Below the pieces are notes generated by a model. That model made no database searches, was not told the DNA's origin, and saw only the letters and a list, made by a program, of their open reading frames with translations. This document shows, in pieces, positions 10,631 to 27,339 of a DNA stretch of 64,000 nucleotides. Made by a program: the position numbers and the translations under genes. Position 1 is the stretch's first letter, and the number at the start of each line of letters is the position of its first letter. Source of the DNA: the human T2T-CHM13v2.0 reference genome, Homo sapiens; assembly GCF_009914755.1 (NCBI RefSeq), contig NC_060931.1; one strand, written 5' to 3'.

Positions 10631-13600
10631 CTTTCTATGAAACTTTACCACCTCCTTGGAGTGGTTCAGTTCCAGTAATAGAAAAACAATTTGGTATCAG
10701 AGGCTATAAAAAGAGAGCTTTTCTTCCTAAAACAAGTATCCTTGGCACAGTGTGACCTCAGGGGAAGGAAGGAAGGATACATAAGGATTTGTATAGTCCT
10801 GTGATTCATTCCCCAGGCAACTTACCATACTAACTTTCTCTTCAAGTTCTTCTTAACTAAAAGTAACTCAAGCTGGTGTTGCAAGGAACAGGAAAGTCTA
10901 AAAAATCCCACCACCAAATGCAATCACTTCACATTCTTGCACTATCCACATTTGGAGTCACATACAGCTCCTCCTGCCCCCGGCCCGCTACTTATCCCAA
11001 TATTTCCCCATAGGATAATAGACTTTCTAATGTTTGCAATCAACTAATTTGTGTATTCTTGAAGGATGGGGGCAGTTTTACTCACATCTTAGCCCTGACA
11101 GCAGGTGCTAAGTGTATATCGATCAGATGCAGTTCCGACCTTCCAGCGTTTCTGATGTTTTGTCTTACAGAGCTCCTTTGTTGATGCAGCTGGGATACCC
11201 CAGAAAGAAGACAGACAAGAGTGCAAATACAGGACAAATAGAAAGGCTGCCAGTAGCAGGGGCCCACGATGGCCCCCACCTCAGGGCAAACTCGAGGTTT
11301 ACAATATCAGGGTCACGATACAACATTCCTGTTTGATTCCAACCGAGGAAGCAACACATCGAGAATGATTTGCATTCTCCGCTCCTGCTGAGCGGACCCC
11401 AGCACAGAGAGCACCATCTGGAGCTGCTGGGCCTTGCGTCCGCCGAGGCCAGGGCCCCTCCCGGCCATATTCAAGCCCCCGTGTCCCTCAGGCCCACAAG
11501 AACACAGCCTGCAGCAGGGAGGGAGCCGGGGGCTGAGCCGGAGCCCCAGCTCTGTGATCTGCGATCTGGGGAATCTTGGACATATCCGGACTTCAGTTTT
11601 TCATCTGTCAAATGAGAGGGTTGAACTAGAGAACCTGTGAAGATGCCTTGTAGCTCGCACGTTCTCTGTTTTTACCCACTGAAGCGGACAACAATAGGCG
11701 AGATCAGGAACATTGTAAAGGACTCCCATTAGACTCAGAATAAGATGCATGTTCTCATCTCCTATCTTCATCATCAAAATAATTTCCTCCTACTCTCAAA
11801 CGACCAAAGACTCTCCACTGCTCTCAGAGCCACAGGGTGTTTGGACGGAGTCTCGGGGCGTGCACCGCGGGGGAAGGAAGGAGCTTCCTCTGCCTTCACA
11901 ACGCTATCTAGGTGAGACGGCCAGGACCCAGCAGCATTTCTGCCTTTCCATCTTAACCTGTGTCTTGATACGCTTCTTAGGTTCTAACCCTTAAGGTTTC
12001 TCAACTGATTGTTCAGCTCCCTCAATCCTAAGGGCCTGGGCTGTGGGATCCAGCACCAGGCGGGTTCTATCAGACGCCCAGTGACCCCGGGAAAGCTGCG
12101 TGTGGCATCTCCAGCTACAGGCCCGAGGCCCGCGGTTCCCACCTGGACCCCGTCCTGCCCACCTTGCCTGCCCTCAGTCACTGCCCGGGGAGTGGCTCAT
12201 AGGTTCTGACCACGGCTGAGTGGTGACTGTGGCCTGGATCTCGCCCCAAGTGGTGACGGCCTTGGCAGGCCCCTCTGCTGGGAGGCACGGGGGAGGTGCC
12301 TCTGGACAGGCCGGCCTTGCGCAATCCCCAAAACCACCAAACGGGCAATTCTTGGTACTGATGGGCGGCAGGAGGTGACCAGAGCCAGGTCAATTGGAGC
12401 CTTTGAAAAACATTCATGTTATATAACCACTCTCAGAAAAATAAGGAACAAATATTGAATCACTGGAACCAGGCAGCAGGGGAGGGCCAGTGGCCAAATC
12501 CGGGAAGGCCTAAGCTCCACTCTCAGAGAAGTTCCACAGCCATTTACTTTCCACAGAGGACACCGTAGTTTCTCACTACAGCCTAAGCAACTTCCTGATG
12601 TCAAAAGAAACATCCAACTGTTTTTCACTCCTACGGCCACCCTTCCTCCCTGGCTCCCTCACCTGGTGGTCCTGGTTCCCACAACCGCCTCGGGGCTCCC
12701 CTTCCCCGCCCCCCAAGGCCAAGGACCCTGGCCTGGCAGCCTGAGCCTCCCCTGGCTTTGAGGAAGTCCCCTGCTCCACCGTATTCCCAGTTCCTCGTCT
12801 GGCCCGAGGCCACCCGGGGCTTCCCTAGCTCCATATCAGCACCAGACATGAAACTCTTTTTGCTCAAAACCAAGTAGCTGCAGAATCCCTGGCCCGGAGT
12901 GCCCAGGAGACCTCGACCCTCCCCACAGTTCTGCATTCACGTCTTATGTGGAGCACGCCCTTTAAAATCCAGGAACCTCCACTTTCCAGTGTGTAAAAGG
13001 AGGCCATCATCCTTCTTATCACGGGCTGGTGGGAAACGAGACCAGAGGACGTCATCAAAGGCCCTTCCCGCGGTGTGAGCCCCCGTGGCACTGGGCATGG
13101 CGAGGGCCGCTGGCCGAGGGCACACTGGGGCCTGATGATGAAGGCTGTGGGGAGCAACAAAGGCATCATCACCAGGGCAGCCAGGCCCCTCATGCGGCTC
13201 CCGCGGAAGCCAGGGCAGTTGCTCACACTCAACCAAGGCCTGAGATCGGGTTTCAGAGGCTTCTGCAAAGACACTGGCTGTCCCCCTTATAATTAGAGAG
13301 CTGTCTTTATCCCGTTCCCAAGGTGAAAGCCAAGATGATTCATGACTTGTGCACGGCAGTTCTAAAGAGGATCACAGCATGGCCGCTGCCAGAGTCTCCG
13401 GCTCTGTCCTCGTGCAAAGGGCAGCCGAGCCTTTCCTTGCCCACTCCGGGCAGCCTTTACTTGACCAGAGCTCCATGGAAGCTTGGAGGGACCCCACTGG
13501 CCTCCTCACGTTGTGGTGGAGGATGCTCTGCAGGGGCCAACAGTGCCTCTTCTGACCAGCTGGGGGTGGCCATCCTGACCGTCCTGACCTCAGGGGCTTG

Positions 13601-14094
13601 TGCTGTGGGATTCCTGAGAGCCCCTTCCTAGTTCAGGGCCCCAGGGCAGCCTCTTACAGGCAGCTGCTCCCAGGCCAGGTTGAGTCCAGCCTCTGCTCAT
13701 CACACATGCTTGTCTTCTTCCAGCCTGTCTGAGATCCCCCAGAAGGAGGGAGAGTGGGGGGCAGGGGCAGCACCTAGAGGGACAGGTTGGGTGGAGGCTA
13801 CAGGAGTCTGGGTCAGCTCCCAGTTCATGAGGAAGGAGGCAAGTACCTGGGAGGCCCCGGGACATGCAGGTTGGGGGGCGCATTTGCATGGTCTGTGCAG
13901 CCGTCTCCTCGAGGACCAGCAGCAGGCAGCCTCCCAGCTCCCTTCCAAGGGTGTGGCCTGGGCTGCAGGTTGCCGCCTCCATCCGGAGTAGCTGCGGTCT
14001 TCACAGGTGGCACTGCGGGCCCCAGCCAGGGGGCAGGGGAGGGGATGTTATGGGACAGGGAGCGCTGGGCTCCACTGACCACATCCCATCGTGG

Positions 14095-14426
14095 AGTCAG
14101 TAACGGTTAATTTGATGTGTCAGCCTGGCGAGGCCATAGCACCCACTGATTCAATCAAATACCAAGCAGGTGGCTGCCGTGGGCGTATTTGCAGACGTGG
14201 ATGACATCTACAGTCAGTGACTTGAAGTGAAGCAGATCATGCTGAATGATGTGGGTGGGCCTCCCCCAATCCGCAGCAGGCCTGAAGAGGGAAAACAGAG
14301 GGTTCTGGAAGGGGAAATTCTGCTTCATGATTGCAGCATCGACTGCCTGAGCTTCTAGTCCGTCTGCCCAGTGGATTCGGGACTTTCCAGTTCCGACCAA
14401 CGCATGAGTCAATTCTTTCAAACAAA

Positions 14427-14476
<50 letters not shown>

Positions 14477-14703
14477 ATAATATGTATATGTAATCATGTT
14501 ATATACATTATATAGAGTTAATATATTATGTGATTATATCTCAATATACATATTAAGAAAAATATGTATATTAAGGAGATATAATCACATAATATATTAA
14601 CTTAATATATTTTCTTAATATACATATATTAAGAAAAATAGGAGATCTATATGCTTGGATCTCTAGTCTTGGTTCTCCTTCTCTGCAGACCCCTCCTAAC
14701 ACA
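14095..14703 (+). mobile_element. MLT2-type (ERVL) solo LTR with an expanded internal AT tract
   Basis: ggttaatttgatgtgtcagc...tgtgggtgggcctcccccaatc...ttggttctccttctctgcagacccctcctaacaca. Confidence 0.8.
14431..14640. repeat. (AT)21 microsatellite followed by AT-rich palindromes
   Basis: (AT)21 at 14431-14472; inverted repeats at 14516-14602 and 14610-14637. Confidence 0.95.
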
Positions 14704-16532
14704 GAGCCCTAGGCCCCCTCACCCGAGCTGGTGGGGACAGACATGGGGAGAGTCCAGGGTAAAAGCAGGCCGCTGTTTGGAAGCTCTCAGCCTTCGCTGC
14801 ATAGACGGATGGGTCTGCTCAGTCATCGGGTGGGCTCTCCGCCCACACTGTGGCTCTCTGTCCACACTATGGAACCCTCACTTTGCCCAGGGCCCAGTGA
14901 GACACCCACAGGCCCCAGCTGGACGAGAGGACAAAGACGGATGTGAAGGGCCGTTGTCCTGGCAGTGCTTAGAGAACAACAGGAAATGGCCAAATGTCCT
15001 CCTTTGACTGTCAGGGAACATTCACAGTACGTGAAGGGCAATCACAGGTTTAGAAAAGCACCACGATCACCTCCTAGCCTCGTCTCTGAGCCTTGGCAGC
15101 AGAGTGGGGCAATCCTCTTGCCTTCGCACGCTGGGTAACAGTCGTGCAAGTGTCTGTCATGGCATCTTGTCACCCTGTCCTGTCACTGAGGGCCTGTCTC
15201 CTGCCACACCCAGTTGGAGCTCGGCAAGGACCGCGTCTTATTCACCCCTGAGTCACCGGCTCCTCCCAGGGCTGGATTCCATGAGCCTCTGTCCTTCCCC
15301 TTCGCAGAGCTGACACGGGGAGAGTGGTCATAAGCTGGGGCGTAAATGACTGAGGACGGCCCGGGGGCCAGTAAACACCAAGACCTCGGGATAAGGGAAT
15401 GACATCCTGATGCGCCACCTCCAGCCCCTGTACGGAGGGAACAGCCCTTCATTTCTAGGACTGTCTTCAGCTCTGACATTATGATTCTACCAAGACAGGG
15501 TGTGAAAAGGCCAGCTCTGGGGTTCTGGGGAGGTTTTATTGGCTCGCAAATAAAATGCCAAACCACCAGCCAATACCAGCATAGAGCCCTCCGTGGGCAC
15601 TACCGACTCAAGGGAAAGGCCCCGAGGCCCCACACCCGGCCCGGCCAGCCAGCTGCAGCCACACCCTCCAGTCATCGGCCACCCAGACTTCAGAGAGGAA
15701 AAAACCAGCCACGAGGTGAAAGTGAGATGGCCCCGGCCTGACCTCTGCTGCAGAGGCCCAAATGGCCCTGGTCAGATCTGACGCTTCCCCCACAGTCAGC
15801 TTCTTGCCACCCTCCCACCCCCCACCGCCGCCTGGTGCTCCCCACCGGGTACACACCCAGCGGTTTTGGTTAGTGCTTGAAGACAAACTGCAGGAGGGAC
15901 ACCATGAACTACAATAAAATTGGGCACCCTGGGGACATTTTTGTAAGGTCACCGAGTTGCTGGCTGGCTCTGAGACACACCCTCCTCTACGTAGAGGACC
16001 TTGTGTGAGAGAGGACACCTCTGAACGAGGGCTCAGAGACCTCATTTCTGCTCCCAAACAGCTACCCAAGATGTGGCTTTGGGCTTTGGCCCAGAGCTGA
16101 GGCCTGCAAAGGCTGCCACCTCAGTGCTTCCAGAATCTCAACTGTCCATATTTACAGAGCCATACATCAAAAGATTCTTCCCCAACACTTTCTACGGGTA
16201 CCCAAGGACTCCTTCTACTCCATCTTGTTTCACCCACCTGCTCTGTGCCAGGCACATTATAGATCAAAAGGTACAGGGAGTTCAGAGGAAGGAGGAAATA
16301 CCATGGACTTAAAAAGCAAGCCAGGGCTTCCCAAGCCAAGCATAGCGAATAGAGGAGCTTTCATTTGTCTCCTCACTTCCATCCCGGGGTGAGCCGGCCA
16401 CTCCCGCAGCATCTGGCCACGGCTCTTCACACTGACAGTCCCAACTTGTCAGTGGATTATGAAATCAATTTAGTGGATTGCACAACCACCAAAAACTGAA
16501 TTACAATAAGAATGTATCTCATGGTTGCATGA

Positions 16533-17199
<667 letters not shown>

Positions 17200-18656
17200 T
17201 AAAATGTACTTCCTATTGTGTTGTGGGTGAAAAAGTCTGAAAAATTCTGCATTAGATAAGCTTTGAAATCATGCAGGTAGATTTCAGGGAACAGAGAAGA
17301 GCTGACCTTCTGTCCCCGAGGTGTCACCAGAAGTGTGGAGCAAGGGGTACCATCTGTCCTCCTCTCCTGGCTGAAGCCCTCTGACCCCTCTCCGTACTTT
17401 ATGCCCAGAAATACACATGGAGTTAAGAACACAGAACATCACATCTCTTTATTACCACAAGGGTGTGGTGATTCCCTCCCTCCTCACCTCTCACCACCAC
17501 CCCCATCTGCTCCTCCCCTGGCCCTTTGACATGCAGGGTAGCTTGGCCTCATCCCCAGGCCACCGCTAGACCCAGAACAGCAATTACACCTTTGGGGACA
17601 ACCACCAGCCCCAGCCCCCTGCCGAGCGGTGCCTGTCAGCTTCTGTTCCCAACTGGCCCGGGCCTGCTGCGGGTGCCCTCACCTCTAGCGCCTAAACCCA
17701 GAGAACTGGGCAGTCACAGGGTGTTAGGATGGAAATGGCCTCAGAAATTCTCCAAGGCCCTTCTGTTACAGGTGGGGTAACAGATGTCCAGAGATTCAAG
17801 CAAGTTGCTCAGAGCCACATGGTAGAGCCGTGACTCAGCCAGAACCAAATCCTGGTCTTGCAACTTCTAACCAAGGTCCCTTTTGATCATGTCATGCTCT
17901 TATAGCTGCTTCTGACGTTCTAGCTTGTGTTTCCACTACATAAGCTGGTAACAGTAACTCTTACAGGATTGCAACGGGCTGGCCATCCCTCGCACGGGCC
18001 TGGCTATACTGGGCACATAGCAAATGTTCTAATTCTATGAAGCCACTTGGGTTCTGCGGGCACCTTTGCATCTTGTCTCCAGCGACAGCACAAAGCCCGT
18101 GCTCCAACTCCCTTTCTGGTGTCATTTATTGTACATGAATCTGTGACTTCCCCAGAGCCCTTCAGTCTGTGATCCCAGCCACGCAGGCGGCAGCCGCTCC
18201 AGGAACTTCCCAGGAACCATGGAACCTGTCGTGTCCTCCAGACTGACGGGCGCGGACACTCTGCATGGAGGGGCTCCAGATGCCACCGGCCAGCATCTAG
18301 CATCTAGCCAGCAGCGATGCGTAAAGACCAGCCAGGTCAGGAGAAGGTGTCTGCTACTCCCCATTCCAGGCCACACCGCCAGGGCCACGCTGCAGGCAGC
18401 TACCAGATAGGACATGAAGGTGCCTGGGAGGTATGCCGCCCCCTCCAGAACCTCACACCGGCCAAAATCCCTCACGGGTGGGCTAACAACACTCACAACA
18501 ACCACACTGCTAGCTCTTTTAAAATTTTACTTTTTAGTCTTTTTATAAGTTTAATTCTTGTTTAAAAAGATAAATTGAACCTCTACCCCCTCAGTGAGGC
18601 AGGCCTGGATCTAGATTTCTGCCTAACCAGCTGTGTCATTTGAAAGTCGCCTCACG

Positions 18657-19615
<959 letters not shown>

Positions 19616-21533
19616 AGCAATAGCAGCAAATGGCCAGAGATGGCCTCAATTTCATCTGCCAAACAACTGCCCATCACGCCAGGCCTGGGCCACCCACCCA
19701 GCTCCTCAGAGATGCTGGAGGTCATAGGTTCCCCAGGAAATGGGAACTGGAGAGGTCAATTCTTCCTGTATCCACGGCTCCAGGTCCTTCTAGAACACAG
19801 AGAAAGGTGCATGCCATGCTCCCAGGCTCAGGGTCAGAAGATTAGTGGGATCCAGTCTGAGGCTCAGCGCTCAGACCAAGAAGATAAATGAGACCAGAGA
19901 CACTCAGAGATTAAATACCTTGCTGGGGCTGGGCAGCAAGGAAGCTGGGAGAAGGGTCTGAGAACCCAGGTCCCCATCTCTCAGGCCCAGGCCCTTGGCC
20001 CCCTAGGCTGGGGCAATGAGGACCAAGTACAGAGGGCTCCAGATGGAGGCCAGGGACCAGCTGCAGGCACCAGGCGGCCTCAGAATGTCTGGAGCTGGGG
20101 GACCCCTCACAGGGCTCGCTGGGCAGCTGGTTCATCGGGGAGACTACGTGGTGCAGAAAAGCTTGAGTTTCTTGGTTGGGGACTCAAGGCTGCAAACCAC
20201 GGCGCTAATGAACCTAAACAAGGGAATTTGCTAGGTTTTCTTATTTTTGGTGTTTTGTTGCCAACAAACTCATTCTGTTCTAGAGGGGCTTGTTATATAA
20301 GGAGGAGAGGGAAGAAAACTGCTGAGATGTGAGGCCAAAGTCACCAGAGGAGGAGAGACTTCCAGATCAGCTGCTGCGCCAGCTGGGAGTCAGGTACAAA
20401 AAACAGGGGGTTGTTTGCGTCTTTGTTTTTTCAAACAAGAAAAAGCAAAAAGCCTGCATCGCATGTCCTAGGAATGGGGTTAAAAGTCGTCGTCTCTTGG
20501 GACAGAGTTTGGACGCCTCTGTGAGCAGGGCCTGGTCACTGAGGTGTCCCTGACTCGTGTCCTGTGTGCAGGATGGAGTCTCCATGCAGCCCAAGCCTCT
20601 CTGCAGGGCCTGGTGGCTGCTGAGAGGCAGAAGGAAACCCCTCCCTGAGTGTGGCCTCTGCGTGTGTCACCTACACCTGTCAGAAGGGTTTGGGATCTTT
20701 CTTTCTCATGGAGAAAGTGTAGAAGATTCTGGGTCAGGCCCTGTGGGACATCCCTAGAGCCAGAGGACCGTCCCCTTTGTGTAGTTTGTCCCTGGCATTG
20801 CCAGTGCTTCTGGTTTCACTCTTGGTTCTCAGCAGTGGATCCTAGAAGCCCCCTGGATCATGAACTTCTGCCCTTTGCACTCATGAGGCCCAGGGACACC
20901 TCCCTCTGCTTGTGCAACACGAGGCTGCCACGTCTCAGGTCTTCGTGCCCAAAGTGAGTGGACTCTGACCTTCCAGGATGGCCGAGGGTGCCAACGTTTC
21001 CCAAAGATCTGTTTTCAGACTAATCTGGGAGACAGCCTTTGGAGAGGTCCGTGAAGAAGAAAGGGGAACTCCACAGGTGGAGGGGAAACCGAAGCTACCT
21101 GAGGGATACTCCCCACGGCCCACCTGGCCCCCTCTTAGTCTGCACTGCCCTATTTTCATGGCTTAAAGGGCAGAATCAAAAGATCACAGTAGGTCAGTTC
21201 TCCCCAGGCTATCTGTGTGCCCAGCCTAGAGAAAGGAATGAACATTGAACAGGGACCTGCTGGCTGAAACCTTCAGTGGTTGCTTCCTGCCTGCAGAAGG
21301 TGTCGGACTCTGCCTGGCATTCAGTGCACCCCAGGACACAGCCCTGGCCTCAGCCTCTCCTTTCTCCCACACCGCTCTTCTGCAGCAGCCACCTGACCTA
21401 CACGCTGTCCTGGGACACCCTCTACTCCTCTTTAATCCCCCCGTGCCAGCATTCCTCAAAAAAGGGGGCTCAGGACTCCCACAAGGTTAAAGTTATCATA
21501 GACATATATATGATATATATATAAGCAATATGA

Positions 21534-21844
<311 letters not shown>

Positions 21845-22324
21845 TAGATAAGTGATTTTAAAGGTAATAGCTGGGGAGCTGGAATTCCTTGATTCTGATG
21901 ATTTGCGATTAAAACACTTTGTATAGGAATTTAAGGCGATCTTTATCATATTGGGGTTCAAGGACAGCCATCAGTAAGAAATTTTCTCCCTTCAAAGGGA
22001 GGCTTGTTACAAAATTTGAGCAGCAGTGGCTCACACCATTCCTTCCTACCTCGAGTGTCCTGACCCTTTTTCTCTCACCCATTTATATCCTACTCATTCT
22101 TCAAAAACTAGCTGATTCCCACAAATTTACACCAACTTTTCTGAGCAGTCCAGTTGAAAATGATATCCTACTCCATTGCATTTTAATGCCTAAGAATTTA
22201 AAATCAGTCACGTATTACCCATTTGCTATTTACATATAAATTGTATCTCTGTATAGATTGTGAGGACTCTGAGAGCAACGGCTATATTATCCAGCTTGTT
22301 TTTTTTTTTTTAAGAAGTAAATTC

Positions 22325-22559
<235 letters not shown>

Positions 22560-22984
22560 TCAAAAGTCAAAACATAACAACCTGTAATTGAAGAGTCATA
22601 CCCTTGGCCCAGCCATGCCATGTCCCCAGAGGAACCACTTTTAGTTGCGTAGACAGCTAGGGTTGCTTTATGCAAATGCAAATATGAAGGCTGTTCCCTG
22701 TCTCTTATCTGTTTTGCTCGTGTCTTACTGCCTCGCCTATCTGGGAGATCTTTCAATATCAGCACGTAGGGATTTGGGGGTATCCACGTCATATGCTTTT
22801 GTCTGGAATGCTCTAGTTTAACCAGTCCCCTGTAGGTGACGCAGGCTGCTTTCAATCTTTGGCAATTACAGAGAATTAATACAATAAAAACTTGGTCCAT
22901 ACTTCATATTTCCAGCATAAGTTCCCAGAAGTGTGGCTGCTGCTTGCAGGTCAGTGCATTTATTATTTCTGCCACGTGCAGACA

Positions 22985-23140
22985 GGGGGAAGGGCCCCTT
23001 ATAAAACCAACAGATCTCGTGAGAACTCACTATCACAGAACAGCATGGGGGAAACCACCCCCATGATTGAATTACCTCCACCTGCTCTCTCCCTTGACAT
23101 GTGGGAATTACAATTCAAGAGGAGATTTGGGTGGGGACAC
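22985..23140 (-). mobile_element. THE1/MST MaLR LTR fragment
   Basis: cttataaaaccaacagatctcgtgagaactcactatcac...ggagatttgggtggggacac. Confidence 0.85.
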
Positions 23141-23779
23141 GGATGTCACCACGAGCCCTCCTCAGCATTGGACAGTTTGCTCTCCTAACTATGATGTAGG
23201 AGAGTCTATTTCCCGCACTGACTCACCAACAGGCTATTTTGTTCAACACCTGGACTTTTGCTGGGTTGGTAAGACGTGGCATCTGTGTAACCCAAATTGA
23301 CATTTGTTTTCTTTATTCCGTGGTGTTCCATCGCGGCACAGAGTCGGCACTTGAGGTGGCATCCTGTGGAACTGCTTCTCAAACTGCACGTAGGACATAG
23401 GTCATAAAATCCACTCAGGACACACAGGTTTTGTTGCGGCTGCTGTTCATAGAACAAAACCAGAGCTCCAGGAGTTTTCTGGGATGTCTATATCCAATAG
23501 GTCATGATGTGAAGTTCCTCGCCGTGGCTCACTGTCAAAGTCTGAAAGCCGCTGCGGAAGTGGCTCAACGCATGGCAGGCACAGGGGCTCCATGGGGTAA
23601 GTAGCCCACAGGACAGCCACTAGGAATGTGGTCCCTCCCTGCATACATGTGCTGTCTCCTGTTGAGTGGGCGAATCTGTTCCTCCATCCTTGAGTTGGGG
23701 CAGCTGTGCTCAACAGAAATGCAGCAGAAACCACACCACCTGACTTCTGGGTTAGGTGAGAAGGAACCTCGCAGTTCCT

Positions 23780-24105
23780 CCTGGATCTCTTGTAATGTCT
23801 GCCGCGGGTGAAACCAGCTGCCACGTTAGGAATCTGCACCAAGACCACCATGTTATGAGGAAGCTCAAGCCAGCCACGTGGAGAGGCTGCACGGATGGAG
23901 AAACAGCTGCACGGCCAGCCCCAGGGAGTGATGTGAGAGTGAAGGAGCCTCTAGGATGTGCCAGGCTCAGCTGCCACCTGACTTTTCAAATAGGAGGAAC
24001 CCCCAGTGAGAACTCAGCTGAGCCAGATGACTCCTAAATCCATGAAAGATGATTTCAAATCATATTTTTAAGTTTTGGGGTGGTTTGTTATGTAGCAATA
24101 GGTGA
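23780..24105 (+). mobile_element. Old MLT1-type LTR fragment
   Basis: gaggaagctcaagccagccacgtggagaggc...ttttggggtggtttgttatgtagcaatag. Confidence 0.7.
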
Positions 24106-24452
24106 TCTTGTGACTATGTAACCCTGGGAAAGTTACTTCATTTCTCTGTTTTTTAATCTAAAAACTGGGAATCATGGGAGTTCCTACTGGAAAATGAGTT
24201 AACATATAGAAGTATAGAACCACATATGAGTTAACAAAGACATGGCTGTGATGCCTGGGACTCATTTGGAAAACATGAGTTATCACTTTAAAATGCTTCA
24301 CTGAGTTTAGAGGCAATATACTATGATTACTGAACCCAGGGACACTACAGATTCTTCCTTCTCAGAGCTTTGATGAGAGGAAAGAGGCAGATTCCACCTT
24401 ACCTTCAGGTTTGCCAAGATCCTTCCCCAACGTACAAGTGAAAGGGAGCTCA

Positions 24453-24890
<438 letters not shown>

Positions 24891-25273
24891 TTATTATTAA
24901 AAGAAAAAAGAAAAAGGCAGAGGCCAGTGGTGAAGGCTGGCGATTTCTGGTCTAGGGTGAGAGATAACAGAAAGTAACAATGGAGGCTCTCGCAGTGCTC
25001 GCAGGCACTCAAGGAACGGAAAGGAAATTGCACATTTCACCCGTGACTGCATAGGCAAACGAGAACAGCAAGTCTCTGCTTTCAGCTGGAATGTTATCAA
25101 CTTCGGTCACGCTGATTATCTCAGGCTGATCAGGAAGGCTGGTACCAGGAGTGAGTGACTAAATGAAGAAATTACTAATTAACAAATGCTTGGGTGGACA
25201 ATCCTTCAAAATTTAGGATCAATGGGAGGAGACAGAAGGAGTCTTGGGAGGATTTTTAAAATATGCCAGAGCT

Positions 25274-25542
25274 GGCTGGGTACAGTGGCTCACACCTGTA
25301 ACCTGAGGACTTTGAGGTGGAGACGGGCAGACCACCTGAGCTCAGGAGCTCAAGACCAGCCTGGGCAACATGGCGAAACCCTGTCTCTACTAACACTATA
25401 AAAAGTTAGCTGGGCGTGTTGGTGCATGCTGTAGTCCCAGCTACTCAGGAGGCTGAGCCACGAGAATCGCTTGAACCTGGGAGATGGAGGTTGAAGTGAG
25501 CCAAGATCGCACCATTGCACTCCAGCCTGGGGAAAAAAAAAA
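25274..25542 (+). mobile_element. Alu (J/S)
   Basis: Dimer with a short 3' deletion and A-tail. Confidence 0.9.
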
Positions 25543-27339
25543 GCCAGGCCTCCTAATGTACTCATTTAAACATCACTTGTGTCCACCTGGGTTCAGAATT
25601 GCGCTGGACATGGGATACACAAAGGTAAGACATGGACCCACCCTCAAGTCTGAAGGTGGAGGTGGGGAAGGGCAGAGGCTGTAAAGGGTCAGAGGGACCT
25701 TGTGGAGTGGTGGAAATGTTCCAGATCACACTGTGGCGGTGGTCACATGACTGTGCACACTTACGACAACCCATCTAATTGTATACTGTCAGTCAAAGGG
25801 CATTATATGTAAATCACACCTCAATAAAGCTGACCAAAAAGTGGCCAGTCAGCCACCAGCAGACCCATGGGATAGGGGAAGAAAAACAAGCAATCTACAG
25901 AACGTGGGAAAATGCCTATATTAAGAATCCTGGAATACTCCATGTGCTTTTTCATGCAGCGGGAGTGGAATTTTCAGGAAGCAGCTGTGCTGTGGGTGAC
26001 GGTCATACTTTATTCTCTAAAACTCTCCAGTTTCAATTGGCCTCTTGGTGCCAAAGCACCATGGCGTGTTACACCTATCAGATCGGGCACACTGCCCCTT
26101 CTTCCCAACCTACGAGCTGAAATGGCCAGCACTGCGCCTTCCAGAACCCAGCGTAGATGCACAGCTGCCACGGAGGTAGGAAGAATGATTCGTTTGCCAC
26201 CAAAAGCCCAGTTTCTCCAACAGGTAAGTCCCAGCAGGGTGCGATGTCCCAAACCTACACAACCGTTTCCACTGCCTATTCCCGGGCCCCTCACTTGGGT
26301 CAAGGCAGCATTTCAGAGGAAGCCAGGAGCGAGAACTCGTGCATCCGAACCCTTCTCTGACTTGGCGGGTTATTGGATTAGCTACTCTCAGAAGACCCAA
26401 AAGGCATAGGGGAGAGAAGAGATAAATCTGGATGCGGTGGAGACAACGGCCAAACAGAAAAACCGCTTGGAGAATAAAAGTCGGGGGAAGCCTGTAGTGG
26501 GGACGCTAGACTCAAGGGAAGGCTCTGGAGGAAGGAAGAGGCTAAAGGCATAGTTTCGTAACCCCTCCCTACAAACTACCCCCTTTCCCTCTGCCCAAGT
26601 GAGCACAGGGACCGCCCCGCAGCAAGACGACGGCAGATATTTAAAATGTGAGGAACCCCGGCCACAGCGGGCGGGGCTCCCCACCCATCACCTAGTGTCC
26701 TCACTCACTGCACTCCAGACTTTGTCAAAGTGGTGGCAGCTGAGTCCAGCACCAGAGATTGGTGATGCTCGGGTTGATTTCATTGTCAAGTGCATCTGGC
26801 AGGACTCTAGTTTGTCGACAGTATTCCAGACAAGGTGTAGCTGGCTGAACCGCAGTGCCTCGGCATTTGGGACCATTGAAAAATACTCTGGATTCTTTTT
26901 TTTTCTTTTGCAATTGCACAAGGATTTACTTATCTCTCTTCATGGGTGAAACTGATTTGGGGGGAAACTGCTAGACTCAATGACCAGTTGGACTGTAGGC
27001 AAGAAGGCCCATGATTTTGTTCCTCAGATAAAAGAGCAGCAGGGAAACAGGAGGCCTCTCTCCTGCAAAGCTGGTCCAAAGTGCACACAAGGCATGGCTG
27101 AGCGCCTGGTGATGCACAGTCAGCAGACGGGCGAGACCCAGGAACGTGTACTGTAACAAGAGAGTCTAGTGCAGGTTGTGGGGGAGCTTGAGGCTATCCG
27201 CTGACATCTTTTCTCCCCAGTCAGGAGACAGTAGGGGAGATGGTTCTCATAGATCAAGTCGGGCTTTGAGAAGGAAGGTGAACAGGAGAAAAAAAAAAAT
27301 AGAGGCCTCAGAAAGCCCCTCCCTCCCAAGTCTCTCCTC

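Noticed and set aside
13130-13175. tgatgatg...catcatca stem with a box C-like motif (possible snoRNA or miRNA)
   Set aside because: The stem is only about 8 bp, there is no properly placed box D with terminal stem, and it is too short for a pre-miRNA.
25912-26409. 165-aa ORF overlapping the putative antisense exon
   Set aside because: It crosses both predicted splice sites and resembles no protein I recognise. Non-coding is more likely.
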